This document shows, piece by piece, positions 10,847 through 23,971 of a stretch of DNA of 64,000 bases. Both the position numbers and the translations under genes were made by a program. Under the pieces are notes generated by a model. That model had not been told where the DNA came from, ran no database searches, and saw only the letters and a list, made by a program, of their open reading frames with translations. Source of the DNA: Podarcis erhardii (Eukaryota); the NCBI GenBank assembly GCA_964252035.1, contig OZ176212.1, one strand, 5' to 3'. Every line of letters begins with the position of its first letter. Within the stretch, counting starts at the first letter, position 1.

Positions 10847-12010
10847 GTATGCTGTTAAATACTGTCTTTCCTCCCTTCCGTGTCCTTTGTTGACTAATTT
10901 TTCCACGTTTTATCAGATATAGTGTAGAAAGCTGTAATGATTTGGGCTTGTTTGGTAATTTCCTCAAAATTATTTTCCATTTTGCGCAAGTTGAAGTTTC
11001 CACAAAAATAGGTATTTGAGCATATCCCTCAGAAAAGTAGAGCTTTATAAAGCCACAGTATTCAAGAATATTACATTATTTTTAAAATGCAGCACCTTTC
11101 ATTTAGATCCTTTGTTTGTATCTTCTCCCACCCTTCTGTGGCCCAATGCAGACACAAGCTACAATCACACATAATGCCAACACAAAGTTTAGTATTCCAT
11201 AGTTACGGCTCATATGCTCTCCTCTTCTGCACTATCATGGCCACAATGACATTGTAGGCTTTTGCTTCCATTTTCAAGTAGCCAGTTTCTATTTCTGTCT
11301 GAACACAAACAAACTAAAGTTTATTGAAACAAGCCAACTTCAGGCTGTTGTTAGTGATATGTGTATGCCACAGTAAACCATAGCTAGCACCATCCACAGT
11401 TGTCAGTTTAGACACAACAAGAAAATGCATGTATCTGAAAGCAGAAGCAAAGTCTTCCAATCTTTCGTGATTGAAGAGGGTAGACGGGGAGCACACAAGA
11501 CCGCATACTCAAACTGTGGCTTTGTGTTGTGTGTGAGCACTACCACTCTCATAACCATGGTTAAGATATCATAAACAAGTTGCGAGTTGCATGTTTTCTC
11601 CTATACCTCTTCTCGGAAATGAACTTACCCTTCTCCTCAACCACAGTTAACTTCCATTGACATTGATGCTCACTATATTTGAGGCTAAGCAGGGTTAGCT
11701 GATCAGGAGTTGAATTCAGAGTTCTAAGTTGGTTTCAAATGCTGCTTAACCATAATCATGGTCAGTATCAGAACTTCCATATTTAACTTAATTGTGGTCA
11801 AGAGCACACCAGTATTTCGCCCTGCACCCATTTAGAGAATGGGAAGTTCACTTTATTTTCAAGTTGAGCAGGTAAACTTTTGTAGCTGCAAAGTGGAAAA
11901 AATTCTGTATGGTTTTTGTCCTTTTGGAGATTCCCATTTTTTAAAAGTTATAAGCTCCTTATGCAAAAATGTCAAACAGCAGGTGTACAGTGTGCATTTT
12001 GTAAGATATA

Positions 12011-12159
12011 CCCTATTTTTCTGTGTATAAGACTAGGTTTTCCCCCTCAAAAATTAGGGTCAAAAATAAACATACATCTCCCCCCATTTTCTTAAATCTG
12101 AGTCCCTAAAAATAGGGGTTGTCCTATACATGGGTCGTCTTATAGGTGGGAAAATATGG
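12011..12159. mobile_element. Tc1/mariner (Tc2/pogo-like, CCGTATTT-type TIR) MITE
   Basis: TA-flanked; ends CCCTATTTTTCTGTGTATAAGAC / GTCTTATAGGTGGGAAAATATGG are imperfect inverted repeats. Confidence 0.7.
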
Positions 12160-12627
12160 TAATTCTCAAGTAATTTAAGGGCTGCATATGCCTTTAACAA
12201 ATTTTCCAGCAATAAATCTCCAGAACCACATTAGCCCATGCATATTCTAGCATTACATATAGTGCATTGAAGACCAGTCTCATGAGCAGATTCCTTGAAT
12301 AGCTTCCTTCCTTTCATATAAAACTGCTTCTAACTTACTACAAATATAAAGAGCAGTTGGGGATTTGGTGCTAGGGCAGCTGACACAAATTCATTTGAAA
12401 GATAACGCATGGCATGGGGGCATTTCCTTTGTTAGGAATTCTCTAAGCAAACGCTCCCTGTCATCCTTAGCTTGTAGGTGCATTGAGCAGGGGAATGAGG
12501 GTTGCAGTTGAAGAAAAACTGTATGTGGGGGTGAGTCTCTGCATTATACACTTAGAAAAGATCTTTGTGCAACTTTTAGTTCAATTTGTAGTTCTAAAGT
12601 AGTATACCAAGTTTTCCTTGCTGCCTA

Positions 12628-12638
12628 GCGCGCGTGCG

Positions 12639-12679
<41 letters not shown>
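12628..12679. repeat. Compound microsatellite (GC)n(CT)12(CA)8
   Basis: Direct read. Confidence 0.95.
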
Positions 12680-13991
12680 TCCATCTGATCTATCTTTGTT
12701 GCATTCCTAACGCCTTCGCCACAGATTTATGGCAGTCTTTGGGCCTGTGCAGATGCATTCTTTTTCTCAACCCATCCTGCTGTTTGCAAATTGTTTCAAG
12801 CTGCCAGGCAAACTCCTCAGGTTTGTGGGTGGGCCTTATCTTACAGTGAGAACAGAGGGAGGTTCCTTTATATCAGAACACTCTAGTGCCATATCTTTCT
12901 ATGGACTGAACCCCATTCTTCCAGATTGCCAATTATTTTTGAAATTTTGAAATCCTTCCCTCTCCCACGCAAATCATTATGACCTTTGATGGTCTCCAAC
13001 ATCTTTCCACCATTGCTGGAAAGTTTGAGCAAAACCAGTTTGGGCAAAATGGTTAGTGGTAACTGAGCTCACTGTACTGCCACCTTTCTGATCTGGTACA
13101 GCTATGGCAAGTGTGCCCTTTAAAATATTTTGATTTAAAATAACTCTAGCCCAGGTCATCAGAAGGCATTTGGTAGGCTATAATAACACAAAGTCTCTGA
13201 CTTCCTCTCTAGTTGCCATTGTTCCTATATCTTTGACCATTGAATCACAGCAGTTTCCCCCCTATGTAGATACTGTATTTTTTCTTGACCAGCCATCCCT
13301 CTAAAAGGCTTTCAGGACAAAAGAAAAAAAGAATCATTTGTTCCTTTCCCACCATTTCCCAAACTTCCATTCATAAAAAGCATTTCCCATCTGCCGTTTT
13401 TCGAAGTATTTGTAAAAAACAATAAATTTATTAAAAAATCTGCTGAGTGACTAAAAATCTACCCCCGTTTAATCAGTCAGTGTTAACTGATTATTTAATT
13501 GTAGCAGCCCTAGTTATGATGGCTCTGTGCTAACCAAATGAATGTTCAAATGGAGCAGATGGAACATAGTTTGGCCATTTGCCCAGCCTGTCACTGCTCC
13601 CACTGGAAAAAAAGAGGTGTAGACCAGAAACAACTTTGCAAAATTTTGCAAGGAGCATAAGAGACCTTTTACTTTTTTGTACACAATCATGTGATCATTG
13701 GGTTTTATTTCCTTTCTCTGCCTGTCTCTTCTTGAAAAAGCCCTTTTAAAAATTATTCCCCGGTAGCTAGATTGAAGTGTGACTAGGAGACTTTGAAACA
13801 TATTGGTGTGGAGTGGTAGTGCCCCTGACCACAACTCACCTTGTATCCTTTTTCTGTGTATCAGTTCTAGAGTAAGCCTTTCTATTCACTCTGTGTGCCT
13901 CATTTTAAAGAAGTCATGCCTTGTAGATCTGTGGCTTCCTCCTTTTTCATCCCTGCGTGCACTGAGCTAAAGGACACAGCAACAGCATTAA

Positions 13992-14003
13992 AATAATAAT
14001 AAC

Positions 14004-14034
<31 letters not shown>

Positions 14035-14049
14035 ACAATAATAATAATA
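13992..14049. repeat. (AAT)n(AGT)10(AAT)n microsatellite
   Basis: Direct read; (AGT)10 at 14004-14033. Confidence 0.93.
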
Positions 14050-14730
14050 GAGCCCACCCTTTTAGCTCAGTTCCTGTTACACAGAGTATCGGAATACTGG
14101 CACCTATATCTCTGGCGTTCAACATGGCAACTGCAATCTCATTAATGTGGGGCGAATTTCAAAGCATCAGGAGGTGAAGCAGCCATGTTAACGCTTTAGC
14201 TAAGAGTGGATAATGGGGTCCTAATAAATAGGTCTGGAGAGTTGCAGAGTTTTAGGAGTTGTAATGACCTGGAAGCCTCTTTCCATGCTTTGGTTATGCC
14301 AATTAGTAAAACACCCCAAATCCAAAAATTCATTATATAATAGTTCCTTTTGTAGAGAGTTTTTGTTGGTGAACTCTTGCAGGGTTGAATAAATAGTTGC
14401 TAGCTTTGTGATAATTTGTGAAATTAACACAACAAACTGACGTGTAACTGAGGAAAGTTATTTGCTGAGCTGCCTTTTTTCAGACCAGTTATTTTTAAAT
14501 GAGATGTATTTTTGAGGGGTAGGTGTGATGGTGCTGTCTTCCCTCATTTCCCTCTGAGGAAAAGTACTCTTTGTTGCATCCTAGCAGATATGAAATGTTA
14601 ACCTTGCTGTTTTCACCTATAAGCACGAAGCACTCTTGTTTAGATGAGTTTGATAGCTTGGTTGATTTCAAAAATTGTGCTTTTCTCTCTAAGTCACCTT
14701 GCTTCAGTCTCTGTTCTTTCTCATACACAG

Positions 14731-14845
14731 GGAAACTGCACTGCTGATAGATCCCAAAAACTCCTGTTCCTCCTCCCGCCAATGGGTGGCTCTCGTCGTG
14801 GGCCATGAGCTTGCTCACCAGTGGTTTGGGAACCTTGTGACTATG
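14731..14845 (+). CDS. NPEPPS: NPEPPS coding exon 9 (HEXXH zinc-binding motif)
   Basis: cacag|GGAAAC...ACTATG|gtacaa; 115 nt; (R)[38 protein letters not shown]; HELAH at 14804-14818. Confidence 0.98.
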
Positions 14846-14896
14846 GTACAAAAATTGTATTTGACTTTACCTTGCTCTGGGCTTAGATCAAGGTTA

Positions 14897-15149
14897 CAGT
14901 GGTACCTCGCAAGACGAATGCCTCGTAAGACAAAAAACTCGCAAGACGAAAGAGTTTTTCGTTTTTTGAGTTGCTTCGCAAGACGAATTTCCCTATGGGC
15001 TTGCTTCGCAAGACGAAAACGTCTTGCAAGTTTGTTTCCTTTTTCTTAAAACCGTTAATCCCATGGGAATCCGTGCTTCGCAAGACGAAAAATTCGCAAG
15101 ACGAAGAAACTTGCGGAACGAATTAATTTCGTCTTGCGAGGCACCACTG
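14897..15149. mobile_element. Tc1/mariner MITE with internal CGCAAGACGAA repeats (copy 1, 253 bp)
   Basis: TA TSD (14895-14896, 15150-15151); TIR CAGTGGTACCTCGCAAGACGAA / TTCGTCTTGCGAGGCACCACTG; colinear with 49355-49607. Confidence 0.92.
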
Positions 15150-17038
15150 TACTCAGTTTCCCACCTATTACTTGTCCTGAGTGTATCTGCTCATGGTCAC
15201 AGCAGATGCCTCATGTTTTCGTATGGTACTGCAAGTGTGCATGTCTGCCTATGCAGAGTATTATTAGGAAAAACAGCAGTATTGGGGCATCAGCAGCACC
15301 TGGAGATTTTCAGTGGGTTAGATGTGGCCCACAGGTTGCCTCATGAGACGCTGTAGGGAGAAGTGTTGTGCACTACCATTGAACATTTTGTCTGCTCCCC
15401 TCTAGGATTCACAATGCCCAGCAATGCGAAAGAATGTGCCATAATAGACAATAAAGCATTGAATTAAATAAATAATAATAATAATAAGGTTAAAACCTCA
15501 CACTTGCATTATCTGCTTAACCCAAATACCATTACGATCCCCCTCACCCATTGCAAGTCTAGGCAGGTCAGAAACTTCTGATTGGTGCAAATCTGCAAAT
15601 TCACCAGACTTGCAGATATTTTTCATAATTCTAAAATTAGTATCCATGGGGAGAGGATCTATGAAGGGAACTGATGCTTCTTCTGGCATATGGGGTGATC
15701 CACACATTTACAAGTTTATCTTTGCAGCTATAAAGTCTTTTAAACGTGTAGGGAGCTGAAATTCTTAGGGTGCTGAGTTAGATGACAATTAGGTATACCT
15801 CAGTGGTATTGGTGTAAAATCACTAAATACAGACCTATTTATAAACTTAACATTCAAATCCAATAAGTACTATCCACATGTGGAAAAGGATTTCTCTCTG
15901 TGACGTTTCAGGGTGCTTGTTGAATTTCCATATGATACAGCAGGAATGGTGAACCTGTGACCTTCCAGTTTGATTATTATTTATTTCATATGTTTATATA
16001 CCACTTAATACTAAATCTCTAAGTGGTTTACAAATATTTATTTATATTGTTTGGACTCCCAACTCCATCAGCGTCATTCACCATGGCCAGGTTGATGAGA
16101 TTTGTAGTTCAATATTTGGAGGGATAAAGGTTCTCAGTCCTTGCCTTAAGATCTAGGGGAATAGCTTTCTTTTCCTCCTAATGTCTCCATAACCAGTGCC
16201 CACAAGATAACTTTACTTGCAAATGAGAGGAAAGTTTAACCTCTTTTCTTTTCAGTTTAATTTTTTGTATGTCATTCCCCCCACCCCTTCATTACTGGCA
16301 AGGCCACCTTTCCTCCTTTGTCACATGACCTCTCTGTTGCTACAGTAGAACTTGTTGAAATGGAAAAACATTATTCACAAAACCAGTGGCATATTTTTAG
16401 TAGTTGACATACCACCAGGGCAGTTGGAAACATGGCAGAGGCAGCTTTGTGTGACTAACCAGCTCTTCTATGAAATGAAGGAGGGACTCAGGAGAGAGCT
16501 GACCTTTTCAATAAACCCAGCCGTACCAAAGCATGCAGCAGTATTCACCTGACTCTATGGGCTTTTCAAATCCATTTATCAAATCAAAGTAGCTCCCCCC
16601 CCTTTAAAAAAAAAAAACAAAACTCCCAGCAACTTGTGTGCCAACTTTTCTTTCTCTTTGCATGAGTTCAATACACTATTTTTGCTTGCATGTCTGGCGT
16701 GGCTAGCTGGTGATAAGCACAGACACTTTCCACAGAAAGAAATGGTTCTATCACACTTGGTGTGCTAGTGTTAGACTTCAGCAGGCACCACAGTCCTGAG
16801 CTAATGAGATTATTTTCACTGAAAAGGCATGAGATGTTGGCCAATAATTCTATTGGTTCTCAATCCCTAAATAAAACTTCTGCATTCTTCTTCCCCATTA
16901 CGGTTGCAAAGATTCTCAATTGTACTTGAGAATGTGACTGCACTGGTAGATTTTCATGCACTGTGCGCCTAACAATAGTGCACATGGCTCATGCTGTTCA
17001 CACTTTATCCTGTCTCTATTTGGAATAGTGTATGCACC

Positions 17039-17072
17039 CTGCCGGATGGGCAGGGGTACCTTTACCTTTACC
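17039..17072 (+). mobile_element. Extremely 5'-truncated Sauria SINE/Bov-B tail (34 bp)
   Basis: GGGCAGGGGTACCTTTACCTTTACC flanked by an 8-bp direct repeat TATGCACC (17031-17038, 17073-17080). Confidence 0.8.
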
Positions 17073-18489
17073 TATGCACCACTTCTTAGCTTGTGAGATT
17101 CACTGTTCATACCACATTAATCAAGCAGGTATTATTGTAATGTCTATTTTCGATTTTGTGGACAAATGTCTTGCATTGTCTTCTTTTCCATTCTTTCAGT
17201 TATGCCTCTTAAAAAATAAGTACCGTAAATCTATTTTTCTCCACCCCCTAACTGACTCTGTATCCCCAATTAGCAACAATCACGCATCAGATTAACCTCA
17301 CGGGCTACAGTACTTCCACTGTGCAAAGCACAGAAATTTGTCTGGGTTCTATAAACCAGCATTCTGAATTATACATGCATAAAGTTCATCTAGAGACTGG
17401 TTTAAGACCATAAGATGGGACAGGTTTTTTTAAAGATAAGTAGGTCTTGCCCTGGTCTGCATGGGAGGCTGCCTATTCTGAGAATTTCAGCTGGTTTTTT
17501 AAAAAAATAAAATAAAAAGCCCATTTCTGGTATCTGTGAACATAGGTTTGAAAGACAACACATTGAACATTGAAGTTGGAGGGTGCTAAGGGGGTGGTAA
17601 GGCAGGATTTTTTAACCCTCTTCCCTTCAGCTGCAAATCACGTGACCAGCAATTATTGCTACGTGGCTCAGTTTGCCTTGCAGGCCTGCATTCGGCTGAC
17701 TGACTGCCTAGATGAAACTTTCAAAGACCACAAAAATGTGTAAAAGGAGAATATTTTCTAGGTGGTGGGAGGGGGGGAATTGAAAAGTGTGGTTAGAGTG
17801 GATTTCATCATTGTCCTCACTTGCATTAATCCTGGTAATGCTTCTGAGCATTGAAGCCCTAGAACTTTACCTTGAAACCTGATCTACTTGAAGCTGCGAT
17901 AGAGTTGGGAATTTCTGTTCCCCCCCACCCACCCACCCCAACATCAAATTCAGATTGAGTTTATCTAGAATTCAGTTAGTTATTTCTTATCCACTGGTGG
18001 GGTTCATTCTTACTTGATACATTTCATTCTGCACAGAGAACAGTTACTGTGTTGCAGCTTTCACTTGTATTGTGTTTCCCATTTCTGTTTAAAATCTTAG
18101 CCTACTAAACAAAGGCATTCCTTCAGTGGCTGATAGAGAATGTTCCCATTTGATTTATTCCCCACAATACTGCAGCCATCTCTCCCCCCCCCCCCCCGGG
18201 CTGCTACTGAGATTTCATCAAGCGTTGTCTTCCTAGTTTTTAAGGTGTGGGGACTAGAAACTTGCTTTGTAAAGACATTATTTTATAGAATGCCGAGTTC
18301 TGTGTTTTTTCTGCTCGTACACAGAATTGCACAATATTTGTTAGTAAGGAGTTCCACATCTCTAAGAGAATCAGAGGTTTCAGTGATGGAGACCTGAGAT
18401 CTCAGAGACCAATGGCAACTCCTTGTCCTTTTATCTTGATGCTCTGGTGCTCTGCTTTTAGTATCAGCAATTTTCTCAATTCTTCATAG

Positions 18490-18654
18490 GAATGGTGGAC
18501 CCATCTATGGCTCAATGAGGGCTTTGCATCCTGGATTGAGTACCTCTGTGTGGACCATTGTTTTCCAGAATACGATATCTGGACACAATTTGTTTCTGCC
18601 GATTACACACGAGCTCAGGAGCTGGATGCCTTAGACAACAGTCACCCTATTGAA
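18490..18654 (+). CDS. NPEPPS: NPEPPS coding exon 10
   Basis: catag|GAATGG...ATTGAA|gtgagt; 165 nt; EWWTHLWLNEGFASWIEYLCVDHCFPEYDIWTQFVSADYTRAQELDALDNSHPIE (third zinc ligand in NEG). Confidence 0.98.
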
Positions 18655-18887
18655 GTGAGTGCCAACTGCTGCAATCAGTGGAGTTTGCATATGCTTTGCC
18701 GCATCTCTCTCATTGTTAGAAATTCTTCCTCTGATAACGGGCTGGGGCGCCAGAGGAAAGCAACCAAGAATGCTTTATCTTAGAGACTAAATGACTTAGT
18801 TACCTTAACACTGCTTCTTATATCTGTAACTGGAGATGCAAATCAAATGTGGTCTCTTCTGATGCCTTGTTGCCTTTCTCACCCCAG

Positions 18888-18992
18888 GTCAATGTGGGCC
18901 ATCCATCTGAAGTAGATGAAATATTTGATGCAATCTCTTACAGCAAGGGTGCGTCAGTAATTCGAATGCTACATGACTACGTTGGGGATGAG
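18888..18992 (+). CDS. NPEPPS: NPEPPS coding exon 11
   Basis: cccag|GTCAAT...GATGAG|gtaaat; 105 nt; VNVGHPSEVDEIFDAISYSKGASVIRMLHDYVGDE (catalytic Tyr in SYSKG). Confidence 0.97.
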
Positions 18993-19242
18993 GTAAATCT
19001 ATAACTTTACTGCCACTGACATCTGGGGTAACTGTGGATGTTCTGTGTTCTTTTATGTAGAAAGGGTTGTGTGGTAAGGAGCTTGGTGGATCAAGCAAAG
19101 GTCCATTTAGTCCAGCTTTCTGTTTCCAGCAGCTGCACAACCAGATACCTCTGGGAGTTGAGCAGCAAAACATGAAAGTGGTGGCCTTCTCCTTAGCTTT
19201 GTCTTTAGCATCTGACATTCAGATCCTATCTCTGTATATCTC

Positions 19243-19376
19243 TCTCCTTCCTTGGAGCTTTTTAAGCAGAGGTTGGATGGCTATCTGTCATGGATGCTGT
19301 AGCTGAGATTCCTCCATTGCAGGGGGTTGGACTAGATGACCCTTGGGGTCCCTTCCAGCTCTACAATTCTATGATT
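19243..19376 (+). mobile_element. CR1 LINE 3' end
   Basis: GGTTGGACTAGATGACCCTTGGGGTCCCTTCCAGCTCTACAATTCTATGATT is the typical CR1 3' terminus with ATTCTATG tail. Confidence 0.85.
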
Positions 19377-20482
19377 TGATGTTGGTTCCATTACTCTATG
19401 TGGCTAATTGTGACCCTTATTAATATTAAATATGCTCCATACATCTGGATGCAACCCAGGATCTTTATTTGCCTTAAGCTGAAATTCTTACTCTCAATCA
19501 CTTTTGGGAAGATCTGGTTGGTTCCCAGAATTGGATTTGGGTTGGTTCCCAAAATTCTCTGGTGTGTAGAATCAACACGTGGGGCACAAGAGCAAGTCAC
19601 AATTTTACATGTTATGTAAATAGGCACCCTGCATTCACCTGCTGTCCACGCCTCTTGTTTTTTATGGCGTAGTATGTATGATTTGAATTCTAAGTCAATA
19701 CCAGACTTCATGTTTTTCAATTTTGTCATTTTTAATCATTAAAATGATATTGAAACTGCTTTGTTAACACTTTTAATCTTCCTTAATTCAGTATTCCAAA
19801 AAGCTGCTCACATATGGCTGTTCTAAAATTAACCGCTTTAAAAGACATATTTGTAAATGCATTTTGCAGTGAAAGAATAATTGTTATAGAATGAAATGGA
19901 AAGCAGATAAAGTTTTTCAATACTGATTTTAATCAAACTATCCATTTAAGTGCCCAAGTGGACTTTGCAATTTCAAGGTTCCTTATTTTTCAACTAATGT
20001 TTAAAACGTTTTGAAATGTTTTTTGAATGCTTAATGTATCAAAATGGTTGCAAACAGCACAAAATATCTGTGAGCAGCAGAGAGGTTAAGTTAAAGTGGT
20101 TAGGAGTTGCCACAGGATTGGAAGGATCAAAAAATTGGTATTGGGGCTTAATAGTGTAGAGGCTCAAAGCCTATCTAAAAGTCACATTATTTAGTTTCAC
20201 ATGTTCCAGCACTCTTAAATTAAGCAGTGAATTCCTGTTGCAGAAGCTTGTGGCTCTGTTCCTCAGCAATATTGCCAGTTTTAAGGGACTGCCTACTACT
20301 AGAAGAGTGCAAAGATGGTGCACAAATTTAATCTGCGTTTGCCAAAAAAAAACCTGCTAGCTCATGAAAAGAATCAATAGTTTGGTGGAAAAGAACACAT
20401 TACATTCCAGTCCCATCCAGTGATAAGCTAATTTTGAAGAAGTTGTTTATATTAAATAAAAATAAAAATATTACATTTACAG

Positions 20483-20543
20483 GACTTTCGGAAAGGAATG
20501 CACCTCTACCTTACCAAGTTTCAGCATAAGAATGCAGCTACAG
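20483..20543 (+). CDS. NPEPPS: NPEPPS coding exon 12
   Basis: tacag|GACTTT...CTACAG|gtaatt; 61 nt; DFRKGMHLYLTKFQHKNAAT(E). Confidence 0.95.
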
Positions 20544-23500
20544 GTAATTGGCTGTTGTGTTTGTACTCTCTCTTTTGTTGTCCCCAGAACATTACATTAC
20601 ACAGAGAAGTTGCACCCCCCCAGTGATAATTTTTTTCTGCCTGAAATGCAGGGAAGTTCACCAGCAAAGTGTTTCCTTTCAAACTTTATCTGTATGAGTG
20701 TGTGATCCTTCTCACAATACTTTTCTCTGACCATCTGGAAATTTGCAGTAGTAATAGGCTAAATTTACTTTGGGGAAAACCCAGGTCAGATTCTGAATTG
20801 GAAATGTGGCTTGTTTATTTCCTGACCCTGATCTTCTATTCTGATCCTCTGCTAACCCCCCACCCCACCCCAATGATCATACATGAATTAAATGTCTGAA
20901 AACCAATAATAGACGATGGAATGGGAAGAAGCTCATTTTGCTTTTACTGCTCTTAATATATGTAATACAGTCATGTGGTTAGTTCTGTACAGAACAGAGA
21001 GCTGAAACTATACCTCTCTGCCAAGGGAGGGATTGCACCCTGTCGATGCTTTTTTGGGTTACTGTTCCAAGTATTCAGTAGTGTTTCTGACCATCAATCT
21101 GAAGAGCTGCTTTTGACTTGCTCAAGGACTTGACATTATTTAAAGGGAGCTTTGCCTGAACAGCAGAACCTCAAGCCATATCACAAATTGTCGTTTCATT
21201 GTCGCCTCCCATTTCAAAAGTAGATTCCCCTGGGGGATGGAGTCTTCTCCTTCTAACAAGGCAAACCCAAAACTCAATTGGGTGTTGCAAACAAGTTGTG
21301 TGGCTCTTTGCATTCCAGCTTCTCTTCAAGCAAAAGGATTTGTGGGTGGGAGAGGAGGAAGTTCTGTCAGCAGTTATTTTCCATCAGAATGTAACTGGCA
21401 GTTGTATGGCAACTCAAAGCCAGTTCAGATGTTAGCTCCCCCCGCCCCCTTTTTGCAACATTTCAGTAATTTCCCACTTCCTTGGGAAATATATTGGCTA
21501 CAGCACAGAGAACTGAGGCACATACCTAAGTTCTCTTGAAATAAGTGGAATTTAAGTACTTAACTAAGTGTTTAAATGTTGTCAACTTGAACTTGCGCTT
21601 TCCCTAACAGATCTGAGTTGTTCCTTTTGTGCATTGACAAGTCATACCCGTACATTGCAGACAGTTTCGGATTTCTCAGGAACTTGCTAGAACACAAGCA
21701 GCCTAGCTGCTTGGACAGAATTGGGATTAGGGAAGCCAGCGTGGAATGATGGGAGTAGGCAGGGAAACAGAAATGAAGTCTGGGCACACAAACCGCCTCA
21801 GAATGTAAGCTCACAGAAGGGACAAAGAGAAACAAATGAGAAGCCCAAGTGAGATCAGGAAGAAGCATAATCAAAGAATTCCTGGCACAAGCTGTGAAGC
21901 AGCCTGGCAGCAGCCTATTTTCTTGCTGACAGACCAGCATCAATGAACACTGAACAGCCAAATAATTCCAGAATGTCACTGGCAGTCAGAAAGACAGGAC
22001 TGAGAAGAGATTTCTGATGCACTTCAGAACCCATACGAGATGTTCTGGATTTTGTGGGACTCCTGGCAGTTTTTAAGATCCATGTTAACATAATTCATTG
22101 ATCAGTGCAGGCTTAACTGGTCATAACTCTGCTGTCTGCAGATGCAGAAATATGCAAATGTATTTCAGTTTCAGTTGGCCTATGGGAATTAACTGCTGCT
22201 TTGCTGTTTTATTTTCAGTGTTACATTTGCTTTTTAATTTAGATTTTATATTGTTTTAATTGTTGTGAACCTCTATATGTAACTTCAGTGCATAGTAATA
22301 TAGATACATTTTAAATAAAAAACCAAAGCAATAGCCAGATCCATCCTAGTACAGGTGTGTATTCATTTCTAAAAGAAATTTAAAATAAGTTCCCATTAGT
22401 TCCTAATTAATCTCTTGAGAGAAATGAATGAAAAGTACAAAACTGAATGGGAGAAGCAAAATCCTTTAATTCCCCAGAGGCTCCTGGAGGACAGCCTTTA
22501 TGCTGGGATGCTCTTCCTCTGATTGATCAGGCAGGGTCATGTGTCAATGCTGTCTTGCGGGGAGGAGTCATCCCATAGTTTCCAGACCATCCCTGCTTTC
22601 AGCACTGAACAAATTCAGTGAGTGAATTTTCTTGGTTTTTTTCCTGCAATTTAACTGGTCCGTCCCCGTCCCCCCAATTACTTCTTCCTTGGACTGTTTC
22701 AGGGTACGTTGATTACTTCCCTCTTTTCAACCCCTTCTTGGATTTCACCTCCCTCTTGCCCACCCCCCTTTAAAGGAAGGGAAACAGGGCAGTGCAATCC
22801 ATTCCCCTTGGGCAGCTTCTAACTGGGAGAATTCAGAAGCCAGTGAATCTCCAGCCTGCAGGCAATTCTCCTAATAGTTGCTCAGCACACTGCACAGACT
22901 GTGCGCCTTTTTATAGGTCCAATCCAGAACCTTTGTTTTCACCACGTGCAAAGTGCTGACTTCATCAGGACTACAAGAGGGAGCCACTGGATTTGAGCCA
23001 GCCTATTTTTCCTGGCTCTGGAGCAGCCAGAAACCATGTGGAGAAGACCCTGAGATCAGCATGCACATGGCATTACATTGCTTAGCAAAGGATATATCAA
23101 GGGAATATTCTGTAGGAGGCCAGGGATGAGGTAATCCTGGAGTCTTTTAAAAGTGGCAAGACATGAAAACTGTCCAGTCTGAAGCATAAAGCACTGGGAA
23201 GTTTAAAGAATGGCACCCCATAATAGCTTTTGGGAATCCTTTTTGCAATCTGTCTAAAGCACCTGCAGTTTTCATGATATTTGGGTTTCATTTAAGAAAT
23301 GGAGGCACCAGAAAACAGGCTGGATCAGCACTGCAGTCAGTGTAGAATTGTAACAAAGGAGAAATGAATGAAACAAAGGAAATGAGACAATCATTGTTAG
23401 CATCCGTCTGTCTCAGAAGACAATGGAGGAGCGAGCCTATTGGGGTGAAGTCAAAGTGTTGAGACAATAATGAGTGGAAAGCAAAACATTTTTTCTAAGT

Positions 23501-23971
23501 GCACATCCCTAGAAAACATGGGCCTAGTAATTTGGGGTGCTGTCATAGCTTAAAACTGTGATACCAAAGACATTTGCATTGCCGTAATGACAACTTTTAT
23601 TTCAGGGGTATTCTCACTGGCTCCAAGTAGGAGGTTTGAAAGTGGCAGCAGCATTGAGTTGAGAGGGTCCTGATGCTGCAGCTGTGTGTAGATTGGTGGT
23701 TAGGAAGATTGGACAAGGGAAGCAAATCCCCCTGTAGGGTTTCACTCCCTTTCCCCCCATTGGTTTCATGGGAGTAATGGCTGCTTGCCTTGTCAAAAGA
23801 ATTTGTTGGAGCTGTGAACAAATTGTTTGGAAATTACTCTTTGCATTAAAATTATTTTAAAATTATTAACAGCAGTAGAATTGTAGAGAATTGTGTGTTG
23901 GTATTAATGAAACTGCAGCTGCTTACTAGCTGGGGGAGCATTTTCATGTGAGTTTTTTTCTCCTTCCACAG

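Noticed and set aside
14897-15149. Regularly repeated 11-bp motif resembling a CRISPR array
   Set aside because: Repeats are too short and unevenly spaced, lie within TIRs with a TA TSD, and the context is a vertebrate intron with no cas genes
22930-22975. Minus-strand CTGATGA...GAAA resembling a second hammerhead
   Set aside because: Stem II does not pair, and there is no stem I/III or Penelope context
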